The notes under the pieces: generated by a model | Databases searched by the model: none | What the model was told of the DNA's origin: nothing | The model's input: the letters and a program-made list of their open reading frames with translations, nothing else | In this document: positions 50,300 to 61,234 of the stretch, in pieces | Position numbering within the stretch: position 1 is the stretch's first letter | Layout: the number at the start of each line of letters is the position of its first letter | Assembly: GCA_041741015.1 (NCBI GenBank) | Contig: JBGSKX010000316.1 | Location: 9,457-73,456, forward strand | Reading direction: 5' to 3' | Length of the DNA: 64,000 nt | Origin: Pirellulales bacterium | GTDB taxonomy: Bacteria > Planctomycetota > Planctomycetia > Pirellulales > PALSA-1355 | Position numbers and translations under genes: made by a program

Positions 50300-53200
50300 A
50301 TGAAGCTCCAATTCAAAAAACAAGCCTATCAGACCGCCGCCGTTGATGCAGTCGCGGACTGCTTTGCCGGGCAGCCGAAGTCAGCGGGAATCCAGTACCG
50401 GATCGATCCGGGCCGTCAGTCGACGAGCGCGCAGCAAGCGTTTCAGCAGTTTGATGAAGTGTCAGGCTTCAAGAACGCCGATTTGGCCATCCCTCCGGCC
50501 GTGCTTCTGGAGAATATCCAGTCCGTACAGCGCCGACAGAATCTACCTCTGTCCTCCGCGCTCGCCAAAACCAACGTCTGCCCGATCAACCTCGACATTG
50601 AAATGGAAACGGGCACGGGGAAAACCTACTGCTATATCAAGTCGATGTTCGAGCTTTACGAGCGATACGGCTGGAGCAAGTTCATCATCGTGGTCCCGAG
50701 CATCGCCATTCGAGAAGGGGTTAAGAAGTCCTTTGAGATTACGGCGGAGCATTTTCTGGAGGAGTATGGTAAGCGGACCAGAGTCTTCATCTACAACTCG
50801 AAGAGCTTGCACGAAATCGAGAGCTTCTCATCGGACGCCGGCATCAACGTGATGATCATCAACGTCCAGGCATTCAACGCTACAGGGAAGGACGCTCGCC
50901 GCATTTACGAAGAGCTGGACGATTTCCAGTCGCGGAAGCCCATTGACGTAATTCAGGCTAATCGCCCGATCCTGATTCTCGATGAGCCGCAAAAGATGGA
51001 GGGAAAAAAGACCGTCGAATCGCTGGCGAGGTTCAACCCTCTGATGATTCTTCGGTATTCGGCCACGCACAAGACCGAGCACAACAAGATCCACCGCCTA
51101 GATGCGCTAGACGCCTACAACCAGAAGCTCGTCAAGAAGATCGCGGTGCGCGGTATCTCGGTCAAGGGTCTCACCGGCACGAACGCCTACCTTTACGTCG
51201 GCGGTATCCAAGTCTCGACCAGTAAGCCGCCAACAGCCAAGGTAGAACTTGAAATCAAACAGGCCAGCGGCATCAAACGGATCCATCGGAATCTCTGCAA
51301 GAATGACAATCTCTTTGAACTTTCTGGCGGTCTCGAACAGTACCGGGGCTTTGTTATTTCCGACATTGATGCCACCAAGGATTCGGTGAGTTTTGCAAAC
51401 GGCGTCGAGCTTCGGGCGGGCGAGGCAACAGGCGATGTAAATGAAATGGCACTCCGCCGTATCCAGATCCGCGAAGCCATTCGCGCCCACTTTGAGAAAG
51501 AGCAGGTGCTGTTCGGCCAGGGGATCAAGGTGCTGTCGCTATTCTTCATCGACGAAGTGGCCAAGTACCGCCAGTACGATGACAGCGGTGAACTCCCGGG
51601 TGAATACGCTCAGATTTTCGAGGAAGAGTACCAGAGCCAATTGGAAGAGACGCTGACGTTGTTCGGTGATGAGTACGATCGCTATCTGAAGGGGATTCCG
51701 GTCAGAAAGACCCACAACGGTTACTTCTCCATCGATAAAAAGACAAACCGCCTCGTTGATCCGGATTTCAAGAAGACCGGAGAGACGAAAGGGGAGACGG
51801 ACGACGTTGACGCTTACGACTTGATCCTGAAGGACAAGGAACGGCTGCTCTCCTTTGAAGAGCCGGTGCGATTCATCTTCTCGCACTCGGCACTGCGAGA
51901 AGGGTGGGATAACCCGAATGTGTTCGTGATCTGCACGCTCAAGCACAGCGACAACACGATTTCACGAAGGCAGGAAGTCGGACGCGGAATGCGTCTCTCC
52001 GTGAATCAACGCGGGGAGCGGATGGACGACCCAGCAACGGTCCATCAAACTAACGTGCTGACTGTGGTGGCAAGCGAAAGCTACAAGGATTTCGTGAGTG
52101 CCCTGCAACGCGATATCAGCGAATCGCTCTCAGCCCGACCGCGAGTGGCGGATGAAGAGTATTTCACGGGCAAAGTGCTAAAGACTCCGGCCGGCGATGT
52201 TCCGGTCACGCCTCAGATTGCCAAGCAGATTTATCGCTACCTCGTCAAGAACGACTACACCGACGACGGCGACCGGATTTCGCAAGCGTACCACGATGCC
52301 AAGAAGGAAGAGCAGCTTGCACCGCTCCCGGAAGAGCTTTTGCCGCACGCGGAGCAAGTTTTCGCCCTGATCGACAGCGTGTTCAGCGACGCGCAAATGC
52401 CGGACATCGACGATGACCGCAAGGCCAAGACGAACCCGCTTAGCCCGAACTTCAAGAAGAAGGAATTCCAAGAGCTTTGGAATCGCATCAACCGAAAGGC
52501 GGCCTACACGGTTCATTTTGATACGCCGGAACTCGTGGCAAAGTGCGTTCGATGCCTGGACAAGGAACTGAACGTGTCTCCGCTGCAATACACTATTCAG
52601 CGTGGCGAGCAAAAGGAGTCAACCAGCTACGATGAGTTGAAACAGGGAGATGCATTTGAGCTTCGGGAAACTGCGACTGATGCGCACAATGCGTCGATCC
52701 ATTCAGCAGTCGAATACGACCTTGTCGGCAAGCTCGCCGAAGATGCGCAGCTCACTCGCCGCACGATTGCCGCGATTCTGCAAGGAGTCAGCAGCCCGAC
52801 CTTCGGCCAGTACAAGGTGAACCCCGAAGACTTCCTGGCGAAAGCGGCCCGGCTTATCAATGAGCAGAAGGCAACCGTGATCATCGAGCATTTGACCTAC
52901 GACATGGTGGACGAGCGATACGGAAGCGACATCTTTACCCGCGAGAAGCCGAAGGAGGACTTCAGCAAGGCGATTCCCGTAAACCGACACGTCTACGAGT
53001 ATGTCTTCACGGACTCGAAGAACGAACGGGATTTCGTCCGGGAGCTCGACAGCAGCGTGGAGGTCGTCGTCTACGCGAAGCTTCCCAAGAGTTTCTTCAT
53101 CCCAACGCCGGTCGGCAACTACAACCCGGATTGGGCCATCGCATTTGAAGAGGGAAAGGTGAAGCACGTCTACTTCATCGCTGAAACCAAAGGTTCGATG

Positions 53201-53335
53201 TCGTCGATGGAACTTCGGAAGATCGAAGAATCAAAAATTGAGTGTGCCCGGAAGTTCTTCCGGAAAATCACGTCCGATCAGGTGAAGTATGACGTTGTGA
53301 ACAGCTATGGGAAGTTGATGGAGTTGGTGAAGTGA
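50300..53335 (+). CDS. res: Type III RM restriction subunit
   Basis: [40 protein letters not shown]...AETK. Confidence 0.95.
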   Translation: MKLQFKKQAYQTAAVDAVADCFAGQPKSAGIQYRIDPGRQSTSAQQAFQQFDEVSGFKNADLAIPPAVLLENIQSVQRRQNLPLSSALAKTNVCPINLDIEMETGTGKTYCYIKSMFELYERYGWSKFIIVVPSIAIREGVKKSFEITAEHFLEEYGKRTRVFIYNSKSLHEIESFSSDAGINVMIINVQAFNATGKDARRIYEELDDFQSRKPIDVIQANRPILILDEPQKMEGKKTVESLARFNPLMILRYSATHKTEHNKIHRLDALDAYNQKLVKKIAVRGISVKGLTGTNAYLYVGGIQVSTSKPPTAKVELEIKQASGIKRIHRNLCKNDNLFELSGGLEQYRGFVISDIDATKDSVSFANGVELRAGEATGDVNEMALRRIQIREAIRAHFEKEQVLFGQGIKVLSLFFIDEVAKYRQYDDSGELPGEYAQIFEEEYQSQLEETLTLFGDEYDRYLKGIPVRKTHNGYFSIDKKTNRLVDPDFKKTGETKGETDDVDAYDLILKDKERLLSFEEPVRFIFSHSALREGWDNPNVFVICTLKHSDNTISRRQEVGRGMRLSVNQRGERMDDPATVHQTNVLTVVASESYKDFVSALQRDISESLSARPRVADEEYFTGKVLKTPAGDVPVTPQIAKQIYRYLVKNDYTDDGDRISQAYHDAKKEEQLAPLPEELLPHAEQVFALIDSVFSDAQMPDIDDDRKAKTNPLSPNFKKKEFQELWNRINRKAAYTVHFDTPELVAKCVRCLDKELNVSPLQYTIQRGEQKESTSYDELKQGDAFELRETATDAHNASIHSAVEYDLVGKLAEDAQLTRRTIAAILQGVSSPTFGQYKVNPEDFLAKAARLINEQKATVIIEHLTYDMVDERYGSDIFTREKPKEDFSKAIPVNRHVYEYVFTDSKNERDFVRELDSSVEVVVYAKLPKSFFIPTPVGNYNPDWAIAFEEGKVKHVYFIAETKGSMSSMELRKIEESKIECARKFFRKITSDQVKYDVVNSYGKLMELVK

Positions 53336-53423
53336 AGGTTTCGTGGAGGTTGTAGCTCTGGCTTTGTTTCTGTGCTATTTAGATCGTGTTTAATGTTCGC
53401 AATATGCATTTGAGATCGGCACC

Positions 53424-56400
53424 ATGAAACGCGACGACGAATCAACCAAAGCAAGCGAGGCTCTTCAATCCACGGCTTTAGTTCGGCTCCTGCCCGACGT
53501 TCCGACCGAGGAAGATGCGTTTGGATCGCATGCCCGACTCGCCACTGCCTTGGCCGATCTTATCGAACGAGAGGAAGGCGGTAAGGCCATCGCATTGGAA
53601 GGGGGTTGGGGATCTGGTAAATCGAGTGTAATCGAGATGCTCAAGCGGCGGCTGGAACGGCCAGGCGACGGGCAGGCGACTACATCGACTTACGTATTTG
53701 ATGCGTGGTCACACGAAGGCGATCCACTGCGACGCGTATTCCTCGAAGAACTAACTGCCTTCTGTCAATCTCGTTTTTCCGCGGCCGAGCGAGAAGGGTG
53801 GGATAGGCGAAAGAAAGCTGAAATCACGGGTCGCACCAAAGAAGTCGACCAGACTTCTGTTCCGGTGCTACTTTCACCGTTGCCACTATTGGCACTCGGT
53901 TTTCTCGCCGTATTCCCTATCGCTGTCGCCGCGGTTGGTGGTCTTGTTCGCCAGAACTTAGCCGATGAGGTCGTTCTTTGGGCAATTGCTGTGTCTGGAG
54001 GGATTGCTCTCTTACTTCCGTTGGGTCTGTTCAGCTTATTTCTATATTGCTCATGGCCCTTTTGGCCGTTCAGCAGATGGCGTTGGTGTGATTCTCGAAT
54101 TGGAAAGGCAAAAAAACGAGAGCAGGCCGGCCGGCTAATCTCACTCTACGCAAAGAAAACTGATGAGACGACGCGAACCACGGCGCACGAGTCTTCCGGT
54201 CCGACATCAATCGAGTTTCAGCGATACTTCTCAGATTTGCTAGCCGCATACCTCGCAGACAGTCGGCATAGGCTCGTGATCGTCCTGGACAACTTAGACC
54301 GAGTGCCGACATCTACTGCTCGAATGCTATGGACGACGCTTCGAGTATTTGCCGAATGTTGCGAAAACAAGCGAAACTCAGCCTGGGCTCGGCGGGTGTG
54401 GTATGTGGTTCCTTATGATCCAGATGCGGCGAGACGGCTGTGGGATGACGGCGACGATCATACTTTGCCGGATTATCGCGGCGTAAATGTCGAGAAGGAA
54501 TCGCAGGCGGGCGAAAATGCCAGCGGGAAGATTGCGATGCCGGTAGCTCCGCGGCTGTCCGCGGCGTTCCTGGACAAGACGTTTCAGGTCCGGTTTGATG
54601 TACCTCCATTGCTCTTGAGCGAGTGGAAGTCCTATTTGACGAATTTGCTGCACGACGCGCTCGGTGATGCGTGCTCGTCCGATGACGAAGGAATGCACCG
54701 CGTCTACCTATTATCTCGCCGCATGGCGGAACAGAAGCGGCGCCCTCCGACGCCACGGCATTTGAAACTCTACGTGAATGATATAGGTGCGCTTTATCGG
54801 CGGTATGAGGGCGCGTTTCCCGTCGATCATCTAGCACTTTATGCAATCCTACGCCGACAGGGCCACGACGTGCGCCTCTGGCTATTGGAAGCAGTCGAGG
54901 AGCAAAAGCATTTCACGTCGATTCTTGGAGATTCTTACATCGCTTCGCTTAGGGCGATGGCTCACGGTACCACCGACACCCAGCGAGCTCGCGACCTGCA
55001 CCTTCGTGGCCCAATTGAAGCATCCCTAGCGAACGGCAACGATGCAGAACTCATGTTGCTCGTTGATGTGCCAGGCTTCTGGCAGGTGCTTGAAATAGTA
55101 TGCAACGAATCGGCCTCCGCTTTCGGATATGAAGAGTCACGGGTAATCAATGCCATCGAGGTTGTGGAGAAGGCAAAGTTACTTGAAGGCTCAGGTCCGG
55201 AGAAAGCTGCGCTGCGACTGTTCTTGGAAAACCTTGTTCGAGAGGCTGAATGGAAGCAGCTGAACGCGAATACGGGACGCGGAGCGGCATGTGCAATACG
55301 TCTGCGGCTGGGACGCCAGGCACTAGAGTCAATCAGTACTCGCCTCGCTGGTTTACCAACAACGGAAAAGACTGATTCGGCGGATCCAAAGGCGTGGTTA
55401 GCTGGTGTGCAGCTTATTGTGAATGAAGCGAAGGCGTCGCCACAATCAAGTATCGGTCACATACCCATACTTCCGTCGGATAAGTGCGGAGCCATACTGG
55501 CCGCAATAGGAAGCCTCGCGGATGCTGATGCAGCTTCGATTTGCCAGTTCTTGCGATTCGAGGGAGCGTTAGACGACCTTGTGACCACTATGCTGCCGCA
55601 GGCCGATAGTGAGTGGAAGAATGAGTTGTATCGGGCCCTAAAATCAATTCTCCGCACACCGGAAACGAATCTTAAGCTGAAGCCAATTGCGGAGCAGATC
55701 GCCGTCCGAACACGGTTCGATGGCGAACTTACTGCCAAGGAGATTGAGAGACTCGTTGGGGCGATTGCAGACATTAGACAACAGGACAAGAAGGTAGGCG
55801 ACGAGTGTGTGCGTGCGCTGAGTAAGGATGGAGTGGCATTTCGAAGACTCAAAAACTGCGAAAAACAGTTGAATTCGGCCGCGGCTGCAACCCTAGTCGG
55901 ATGGGTGATTGAATTTGTCGACATTGGAACTGCTCCAAGTACGCCGACTAACGCCGCCGAAGGACACGCACTTGTGACACGGATCGGGGAAACGCCCGCC
56001 GAACACTCAGCCGTAGTCGCGCACTTGATATCCAACGTGAAATCGGGAAGGGGACAATCGCTGCTTGACTGCCTTCTTTGCGAGGTTGCAAATATGCGGC
56101 CGCTCGTGGCCAGCATAGCGCAGCAACTGCGAATCGACGGAGTGTTCGGAGATAGGTTAGATGGTGAGCTATTTGTAAGCCGCCATGACGAGCTAGTCGA
56201 TCTTTTCAGTGCGGACGGTGCGTTTGATGTCGTGTGTGGAGAGCTACTGCAACATGCCTCATTCGTGGAATCGCTGAAGAGCATTAAGATCACAGACGAT
56301 ACACTCGACGGAGTAATTGCTCTCGTTGAGCGAGGAGCGATGGCGCACAACGCACAATTCGAAGGCATCGTGAAGGATCACTTGCGAGCTCGGTCGAAGG

Positions 56401-56993
56401 ATCAATGGAAGGAGTCGTTGCGTAAATGCGACGCCGAGTGCGACCTGCTGGCAGCAGTGAGAGCCGCCGACGGATCCTTCTTCATGACAGGGGATTATCC
56501 AGGGAGTGTCGAGGAGGTAATGGCTGAAGCATTGGATGGTACCGTTCCATTCGAGCCGAGCGAACCGGAGAAATGGAATGCCTGTAGCTCAGCGATCGCA
56601 GAGCATGAGCAGGATACGATTGCCGCTCGTGTTGTAGAGCGGGCAGATGCACCTGATAGGCATTTCGATCGCATCATTCCGCTTTTTAGCGAACGACTGC
56701 GTTCCGCTGCGGCGAGACATGGCGAAGAGTCTTTTGTGCGAAATGCACTGATACCATTAGTGCGGAGCGGCAGGAAAGACCTAATCGAGTGGATGGTCTC
56801 CGTTGCCAAGGTGGGAGCTAAGTTTTGGGCCAATACATCGAACTCGGATCGAGACACATTCGCGCAGGAAATCACAGGCTCTCTCGCTAATTCGGACGAA
56901 CAGACGAGGGAGCAGCTTTTTCTCCTTGCGAGTAGTTTTGAGTTGACTGTCGTAGATCCAACCGTAGTCGACGATACACCCGAGCAAGGGTAG
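53424..56993 (+). CDS. KAP family P-loop NTPase with TM insert and long helical C-terminus
   Basis: GGWGSGKS, FDAW, TM helices, VIVLDNLDR, FLDK, TPR. Confidence 0.9.
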   Translation: MKRDDESTKASEALQSTALVRLLPDVPTEEDAFGSHARLATALADLIEREEGGKAIALEGGWGSGKSSVIEMLKRRLERPGDGQATTSTYVFDAWSHEGDPLRRVFLEELTAFCQSRFSAAEREGWDRRKKAEITGRTKEVDQTSVPVLLSPLPLLALGFLAVFPIAVAAVGGLVRQNLADEVVLWAIAVSGGIALLLPLGLFSLFLYCSWPFWPFSRWRWCDSRIGKAKKREQAGRLISLYAKKTDETTRTTAHESSGPTSIEFQRYFSDLLAAYLADSRHRLVIVLDNLDRVPTSTARMLWTTLRVFAECCENKRNSAWARRVWYVVPYDPDAARRLWDDGDDHTLPDYRGVNVEKESQAGENASGKIAMPVAPRLSAAFLDKTFQVRFDVPPLLLSEWKSYLTNLLHDALGDACSSDDEGMHRVYLLSRRMAEQKRRPPTPRHLKLYVNDIGALYRRYEGAFPVDHLALYAILRRQGHDVRLWLLEAVEEQKHFTSILGDSYIASLRAMAHGTTDTQRARDLHLRGPIEASLANGNDAELMLLVDVPGFWQVLEIVCNESASAFGYEESRVINAIEVVEKAKLLEGSGPEKAALRLFLENLVREAEWKQLNANTGRGAACAIRLRLGRQALESISTRLAGLPTTEKTDSADPKAWLAGVQLIVNEAKASPQSSIGHIPILPSDKCGAILAAIGSLADADAASICQFLRFEGALDDLVTTMLPQADSEWKNELYRALKSILRTPETNLKLKPIAEQIAVRTRFDGELTAKEIERLVGAIADIRQQDKKVGDECVRALSKDGVAFRRLKNCEKQLNSAAAATLVGWVIEFVDIGTAPSTPTNAAEGHALVTRIGETPAEHSAVVAHLISNVKSGRGQSLLDCLLCEVANMRPLVASIAQQLRIDGVFGDRLDGELFVSRHDELVDLFSADGAFDVVCGELLQHASFVESLKSIKITDDTLDGVIALVERGAMAHNAQFEGIVKDHLRARSKDQWKESLRKCDAECDLLAAVRAADGSFFMTGDYPGSVEEVMAEALDGTVPFEPSEPEKWNACSSAIAEHEQDTIAARVVERADAPDRHFDRIIPLFSERLRSAAARHGEESFVRNALIPLVRSGRKDLIEWMVSVAKVGAKFWANTSNSDRDTFAQEITGSLANSDEQTREQLFLLASSFELTVVDPTVVDDTPEQG

Positions 56994-57029
56994 CAGAATC
57001 GCAAGCCGCGGGGGAATGTTCGGCTGGCA

Positions 57030-58004
57030 TCAAATCACTATCCGCTCAATCTCATCAAGCGTTATCTCATCGCTCGTCCGGTCGTAAAGCTTGGTCGTTC
57101 GGGGTGACTCATGAGCGGCGATAGCCTGGGCGTTCTCAATTGTGCCGCCATTTTCGAGGTACGCCGTGATGCCAGTGGCGCGGAAGGTGTGGCAGGAGAC
57201 TTTCTCTGATAGGCCTGCGAACCTAGTTCGCCTCTTGATCATGCGAAGGGCGTCGGTGCGGGTCATGCCGCGTTCAGTCGCTCTCCCGCTCCGGTCAATG
57301 GTGCGGAAGAGGGGAGAGCGTTTCTCGTCGCCGATATGTGCGGCCTGCAGGTAGGCGTCCAAGTACTCGTCGGCATTGTGATGGGCGGGAACTTCGTGTC
57401 GCTTTCCGCCTTTTTCGTGGAGCCGAAACCACCAGCGCTTGCCTTCGGCGTAGAAGTCCTCAACCTTCATCGAAACGGCCGCACTCACGCGAGCGAAGGA
57501 ATAGACCATAACGCCGATGAGTGCTCGGTCGCGTAGTCCCACGATCGTTGATGTGTCGATGGAATCGAGGAGTTTGCGGGCCTCGTCCGCAGTGAGAACA
57601 GGAGTCTTGCCACGCTTTACGACGTGCTTTGGTCCGCGAACGGAGGTAGCCGGGTTATGCTGCACGATGTGGCCCGTGACAAGCCAGTCAAAGAGCATCC
57701 TGATTGCCGCCAGATGCTGCTTGACGGTTGGAGCCGAAGCCTTGTGCTGCTCGATGTAAGCCGCAATGACAACTGGCTCAATGCGATCGAGCGACTTCGC
57801 GCCTCGAAGCTCGCACCAATCAAAGAATTGCTTCACGGCTTGAACGTAAGCCGCGCGAGTGTTCTTGTTCCGAATCGTGACGGCAAAGAACTCAAGGAAT
57901 CGGCGAATTCCTTCCGGACCAGAATTCTCGATAGCGACGGGCAGGGCATCGAGACCGATCCGAGCTAGTTCTTTGTGAGGGGCGAGGATGAGTTCCTTTG
58001 TCAT
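57030..58004 (-). CDS. XerC/D-like tyrosine recombinase (putative resolvase)
   Basis: NTRAAY, RDRALI...FARVS, EKGGK, HTFRATG, AAHES, LYDR. Confidence 0.92.
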   Translation of the reverse strand: MTKELILAPHKELARIGLDALPVAIENSGPEGIRRFLEFFAVTIRNKNTRAAYVQAVKQFFDWCELRGAKSLDRIEPVVIAAYIEQHKASAPTVKQHLAAIRMLFDWLVTGHIVQHNPATSVRGPKHVVKRGKTPVLTADEARKLLDSIDTSTIVGLRDRALIGVMVYSFARVSAAVSMKVEDFYAEGKRWWFRLHEKGGKRHEVPAHHNADEYLDAYLQAAHIGDEKRSPLFRTIDRSGRATERGMTRTDALRMIKRRTRFAGLSEKVSCHTFRATGITAYLENGGTIENAQAIAAHESPRTTKLYDRTSDEITLDEIERIVI

Positions 58005-58076
58005 TCAGCCATTCGATAAGTCGCAGCAGCACGCATTCAAACGGCAGTTGATTGCAAGTCCCCTGCCGCCGATCTG

Positions 58077-58104
58077 GTGCATCATAACGTCCTTTATGAT
58101 GCAT
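58077..58104. other. dif-like recombination site upstream of the recombinase
   Basis: GTGCATCATAA-CGTCCT-TTATGATGCAT: 10-bp perfect inverted arms around a 6-bp spacer. Confidence 0.75.
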
Positions 58105-58200
58105 CACTTCCGGGCAGGGGGGCAATAGAAATAAAGCCTTCCGAACGATCATTTGGCCCCGGAGAGGACGGTGACCGCTCGGCCTGGAAATGTTGCGGCC

Positions 58201-58980
58201 TTAGTGCTCGATAGACTCATAGACAATGGATGACGAAGCGTTCCTAGGCGTTGGGATCTCGTCATGCAGTTGGCCGTCAAGCTCTCGGCCCAAGGCCTTC
58301 GGCGTGCGGCCCCCCCATTGCTTGAAAAAGAATGAGATTCCTAGTGCGTCGCATTGGTCGCGAAGCGTGCGGACATAGTCCGCAGGAAGTTCCCGAAATC
58401 CTTTGCCGCTCTCTCCGCCGGCGATGACCCAATCAACTGAGTAATCAGAAAGTGAGAATCCTCCTAGCAGCGGTTCCGCCGACACGAACCGCACCACGGC
58501 TGGCACTTTGGACAGGATTGGGAGTCTTCGTTTCGCCCATTCTTCGCTCTCGACAGAGGCTCCGACCCAGACGTTATGTGGCCAACGTTCTTTCCATGGC
58601 GAAAATCGCATAATGTTCCCAGGCCGCTTGGTAAGCAACAACCAATCAAGCTGCGGTGTCTGATCGATCAGCCTCCACAGGTCAGCTCGCCAACTCGAAA
58701 GTATCTCTGGCATCTCCCCGTCAAAGACGTCTGCTAGCGACGCACAGAATACTCGCTGTCTCACGCCCGCGGCCTCAGCAAGTTGGTTCCACCGAAGCGG
58801 CTGTCGCCAATAACTAGCCGTGGTGCGATGGCGCGGTTTTCCAGCCCCCCACTCGACTCGGTGATAGCGGCGGTCCATCATCACCATAGCGTAGCAGTTA
58901 TCGCAGGCTGGGCTGACCTGTGTGCAGCCGATCCAGGGATTGAACGTGTGATGTGTCCATTCGATGCTGGAGTTTTTCAT
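58201..58980 (-). CDS. DUF5131 (phage Gp37/Gp68, radical-SAM-like) protein
   Basis: SSIEWT..TFNP..GC..VSPACDNCYA, LLTKRP, SAEPLLG, GGESG, FFKQWG. Confidence 0.92.
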   Translation of the reverse strand: MKNSSIEWTHHTFNPWIGCTQVSPACDNCYAMVMMDRRYHRVEWGAGKPRHRTTASYWRQPLRWNQLAEAAGVRQRVFCASLADVFDGEMPEILSSWRADLWRLIDQTPQLDWLLLTKRPGNIMRFSPWKERWPHNVWVGASVESEEWAKRRLPILSKVPAVVRFVSAEPLLGGFSLSDYSVDWVIAGGESGKGFRELPADYVRTLRDQCDALGISFFFKQWGGRTPKALGRELDGQLHDEIPTPRNASSSIVYESIEH

Positions 58981-59498
58981 TCAAGGGATCCTTCTGACAT
59001 GATTTTCGGTCCGCGCGCGGTCAGGTCTATGACACGAATGCGTAAGTCTGGGCGCTGATTGCAGAACGCCTCCACGATCAGCCGTCGATGGCACTGGTCG
59101 TACTTCTCACACGCGCACAGTAAGCAACACGCATGCTGATCGCTGACCAACTCACCCAGAAGACTTAAACCTCGGTGAACGGGCCAGTTCCGTTCCCGCT
59201 CCGCTAGATGCCAGCGGAAGATTGCCATTTGGCGATCATTCTTTTGCGGATTCCCAAGTTCGGGCAGCCACGTGTAGGCAATGCCGATCTTTTTGAGCTC
59301 TTGAATTAGTCCGCCATCTCTTTGCAGTGTCCAGGGCTTTGGCCCATACGATGTGCTTCCCGTGGGATCAGATGGACAGGGCGAGTGGCGAACGTCAACA
59401 AGCATAGTGACTCGTGCGTCCGCCAACGCACTGCTCATTCGCGTCATTCGCTTCGGCGCTGTCCACGCAGCGTAGCCGATCGTGAAAAGATTCTTCAT
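58977..59498 (-). CDS. DUF488 family protein
   Basis: LFTIGY, LVDVR..P, ELG, LLCACE....CHR. Confidence 0.8.
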   Translation of the reverse strand: MKNLFTIGYAAWTAPKRMTRMSSALADARVTMLVDVRHSPCPSDPTGSTSYGPKPWTLQRDGGLIQELKKIGIAYTWLPELGNPQKNDRQMAIFRWHLAERERNWPVHRGLSLLGELVSDQHACCLLCACEKYDQCHRRLIVEAFCNQRPDLRIRVIDLTARGPKIMSEGSLE

Positions 59499-59559
59499 CG
59501 CTAGTTTTCCCAGTGACGCGACTCGTCAACAACATGGGCCGCCAAGTGAGTAATGCATT

Positions 59560-60021
59560 TTACATCGAGTCAAGTGGTGAATGGGCTTTGCGATACTCCT
59601 CGGAGAACTGCGTGCCTAACCACCGAAAGATGTAGTCGATGATGGAGCGCGCGTGCCCGATGTCCCGGTTAGTGGTCCAGCCCGAGGGTTCAAAGCGTGA
59701 GTATTCAAATTTCTTTGCCAGGGTCTCCACCGAAACGCCGGATTGAAGCGCAAGACTGGTGAGCACGCCGACCGCGTCCATGAGTCCTCTTACGGTACTC
59801 CCCTGCTTTGCGACTTTTATAAAGACTTCGCCTGGACGGCCGTCGTCGTAGAGACCAACCGTGAGATAACCCTCATGTCCACTGATATCGAACTTGTGGG
59901 TGATAGACTTCCGGGTGTCAGGAAGTCTAAGCCTTGCAGCTTCCGCCGGAGCGACGGCTTCTGAAAGGGATTCTGAAGCCTTAGCCAATGGGGCAGCTTT
60001 CTTTGGTTGTTTCCTTGTCAC
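59560..60021 (-). CDS. Stand-alone TSCPD domain (class II ribonucleotide reductase C-terminal-like) protein
   Basis: RLPDTRKSITHKF, GYLTVGLY.DGRPGEVFI, FEPSG, SIIDYIFRWL. Confidence 0.85.
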   Translation of the reverse strand: MTRKQPKKAAPLAKASESLSEAVAPAEAARLRLPDTRKSITHKFDISGHEGYLTVGLYDDGRPGEVFIKVAKQGSTVRGLMDAVGVLTSLALQSGVSVETLAKKFEYSRFEPSGWTTNRDIGHARSIIDYIFRWLGTQFSEEYRKAHSPLDSM

Positions 60022-60884
60022 GGCTTCCCTCCCCCAATCTTATTTGCTGCTTGGTATGCCGACTTCACCTTGTGGAGCAGTTCGTCGACAGACCATGGCG
60101 GCGAGGCATTCGAACGATTCCAGATGAGAAGCTCATCGAGCGCTTCATCAGGTGTGAGGCCGGCGTCTCGGAGCTTACAAGCTGCTCGAAACGTCTGATT
60201 GTGTCCGCCCTGGCCAGAGACCGCTTGAATCGAGCGGAGGTAAGACCGCGGACTTCTAAGATCGGTAACACTCACTGGAGTCGGTGGAGCCTCGTCGCGG
60301 GTAATCCAGGCCGTGGAAAAATAAGGCAGCGCGTCCAAGCAGTAGTCGTCGCTTCCTTGCCAGCAGTACTGGGTTCCATTTGGATGACGCGATGGAGGTG
60401 CAACGACGTACCCTCCCTGCCCCCGCAGATCAATTTTTCGACTGAGGAGTCCTGCGCGGTTGAAAACATGCTCGCCAAGTGGGTAGCGATAGTAGAAGTG
60501 GCTGCCTCCCCTGCCCGTGAGAACTGCTAGCGGGGACAACGGGAAACTGGCCTTCCAGAAGTTCGCATCCTCTGGCGTGTCGCAATCAACGACGACAAGA
60601 CCTGATAAGGCGCCGGTGATGATTCCGACATTTGCTCGACCACTCTTAAACCATCGACGAAGCTCGGATAGCCCGGCACGTCGCTCCTGATATTCAAGCC
60701 AGCTAGAGATCGCCGGGCGCTTCCCGTTAAGCGGAAGGACGCTCCAGCCGCGATCAAAATACTCGGCGGCAAAGTGGAATGAGAATCCGGGCTTAAATGC
60801 CGGTACGCAGCTTGCGCCTTGATCCTGGGTGACGTGAGATTGAACGCTTGGGTCCATAACAACTTCGATCCCAGGATGCCACAT
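60018..60884 (-). CDS. Bifunctional DNA primase/polymerase (prim-pol) with PriCT-like C-terminus
   Basis: GWSVLPL..KRP, NVGIITG, VVVDCD, TGRGG.HFYY, DLRG.GGYVVAPPS.H; WN...PPW. Confidence 0.9.
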   Translation of the reverse strand: MWHPGIEVVMDPSVQSHVTQDQGASCVPAFKPGFSFHFAAEYFDRGWSVLPLNGKRPAISSWLEYQERRAGLSELRRWFKSGRANVGIITGALSGLVVVDCDTPEDANFWKASFPLSPLAVLTGRGGSHFYYRYPLGEHVFNRAGLLSRKIDLRGQGGYVVAPPSRHPNGTQYCWQGSDDYCLDALPYFSTAWITRDEAPPTPVSVTDLRSPRSYLRSIQAVSGQGGHNQTFRAACKLRDAGLTPDEALDELLIWNRSNASPPWSVDELLHKVKSAYQAANKIGGGKP

Positions 60885-61117
60885 TTTGTAGTGCTAATCA
60901 AAAACCGACTGTGCCCGATGTCCATGAGTGAACGTTGGGGTCGATCGTCGTGCGCGATGCAATTCTAGGCGTGGGCGTGACACTTGAAGTGCAGTGGGCA
61001 GAGGGGCTGAAATGCGCACTCGACATCCAAGGACCGATGGTGCCGGAGGATGACAGGCGATGACGCGTACAAAGTGCTCGCTTGCCAACGCCACCTCTGG
61101 ACACTTGTTCTCGACGC

Positions 61118-61161
61118 AAAAAAGAACCCCAGGAAGCGGTGCAAACTGCAACCTGGGGGTT
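61118..61161 (-). terminator. Intrinsic terminator after the 61235-61522 gene
   Basis: Minus strand: AACCCCCAGG...CCTGGGGTT stem followed by CTTTTTT. Confidence 0.6.
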
Positions 61162-61234
61162 TGAAGGAGCGAGTCAACGGTGTGATGACTGGCTCGGATG
61201 AAAGTCGGAACTGTTCACACGGAAGTGCGTGTAA

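Noticed and set aside
59560-60021. nrdJ pseudogene
   Set aside because: Has its own coupled start and a clean stop, with no catalytic-domain remnant nearby; treated as a stand-alone TSCPD gene.
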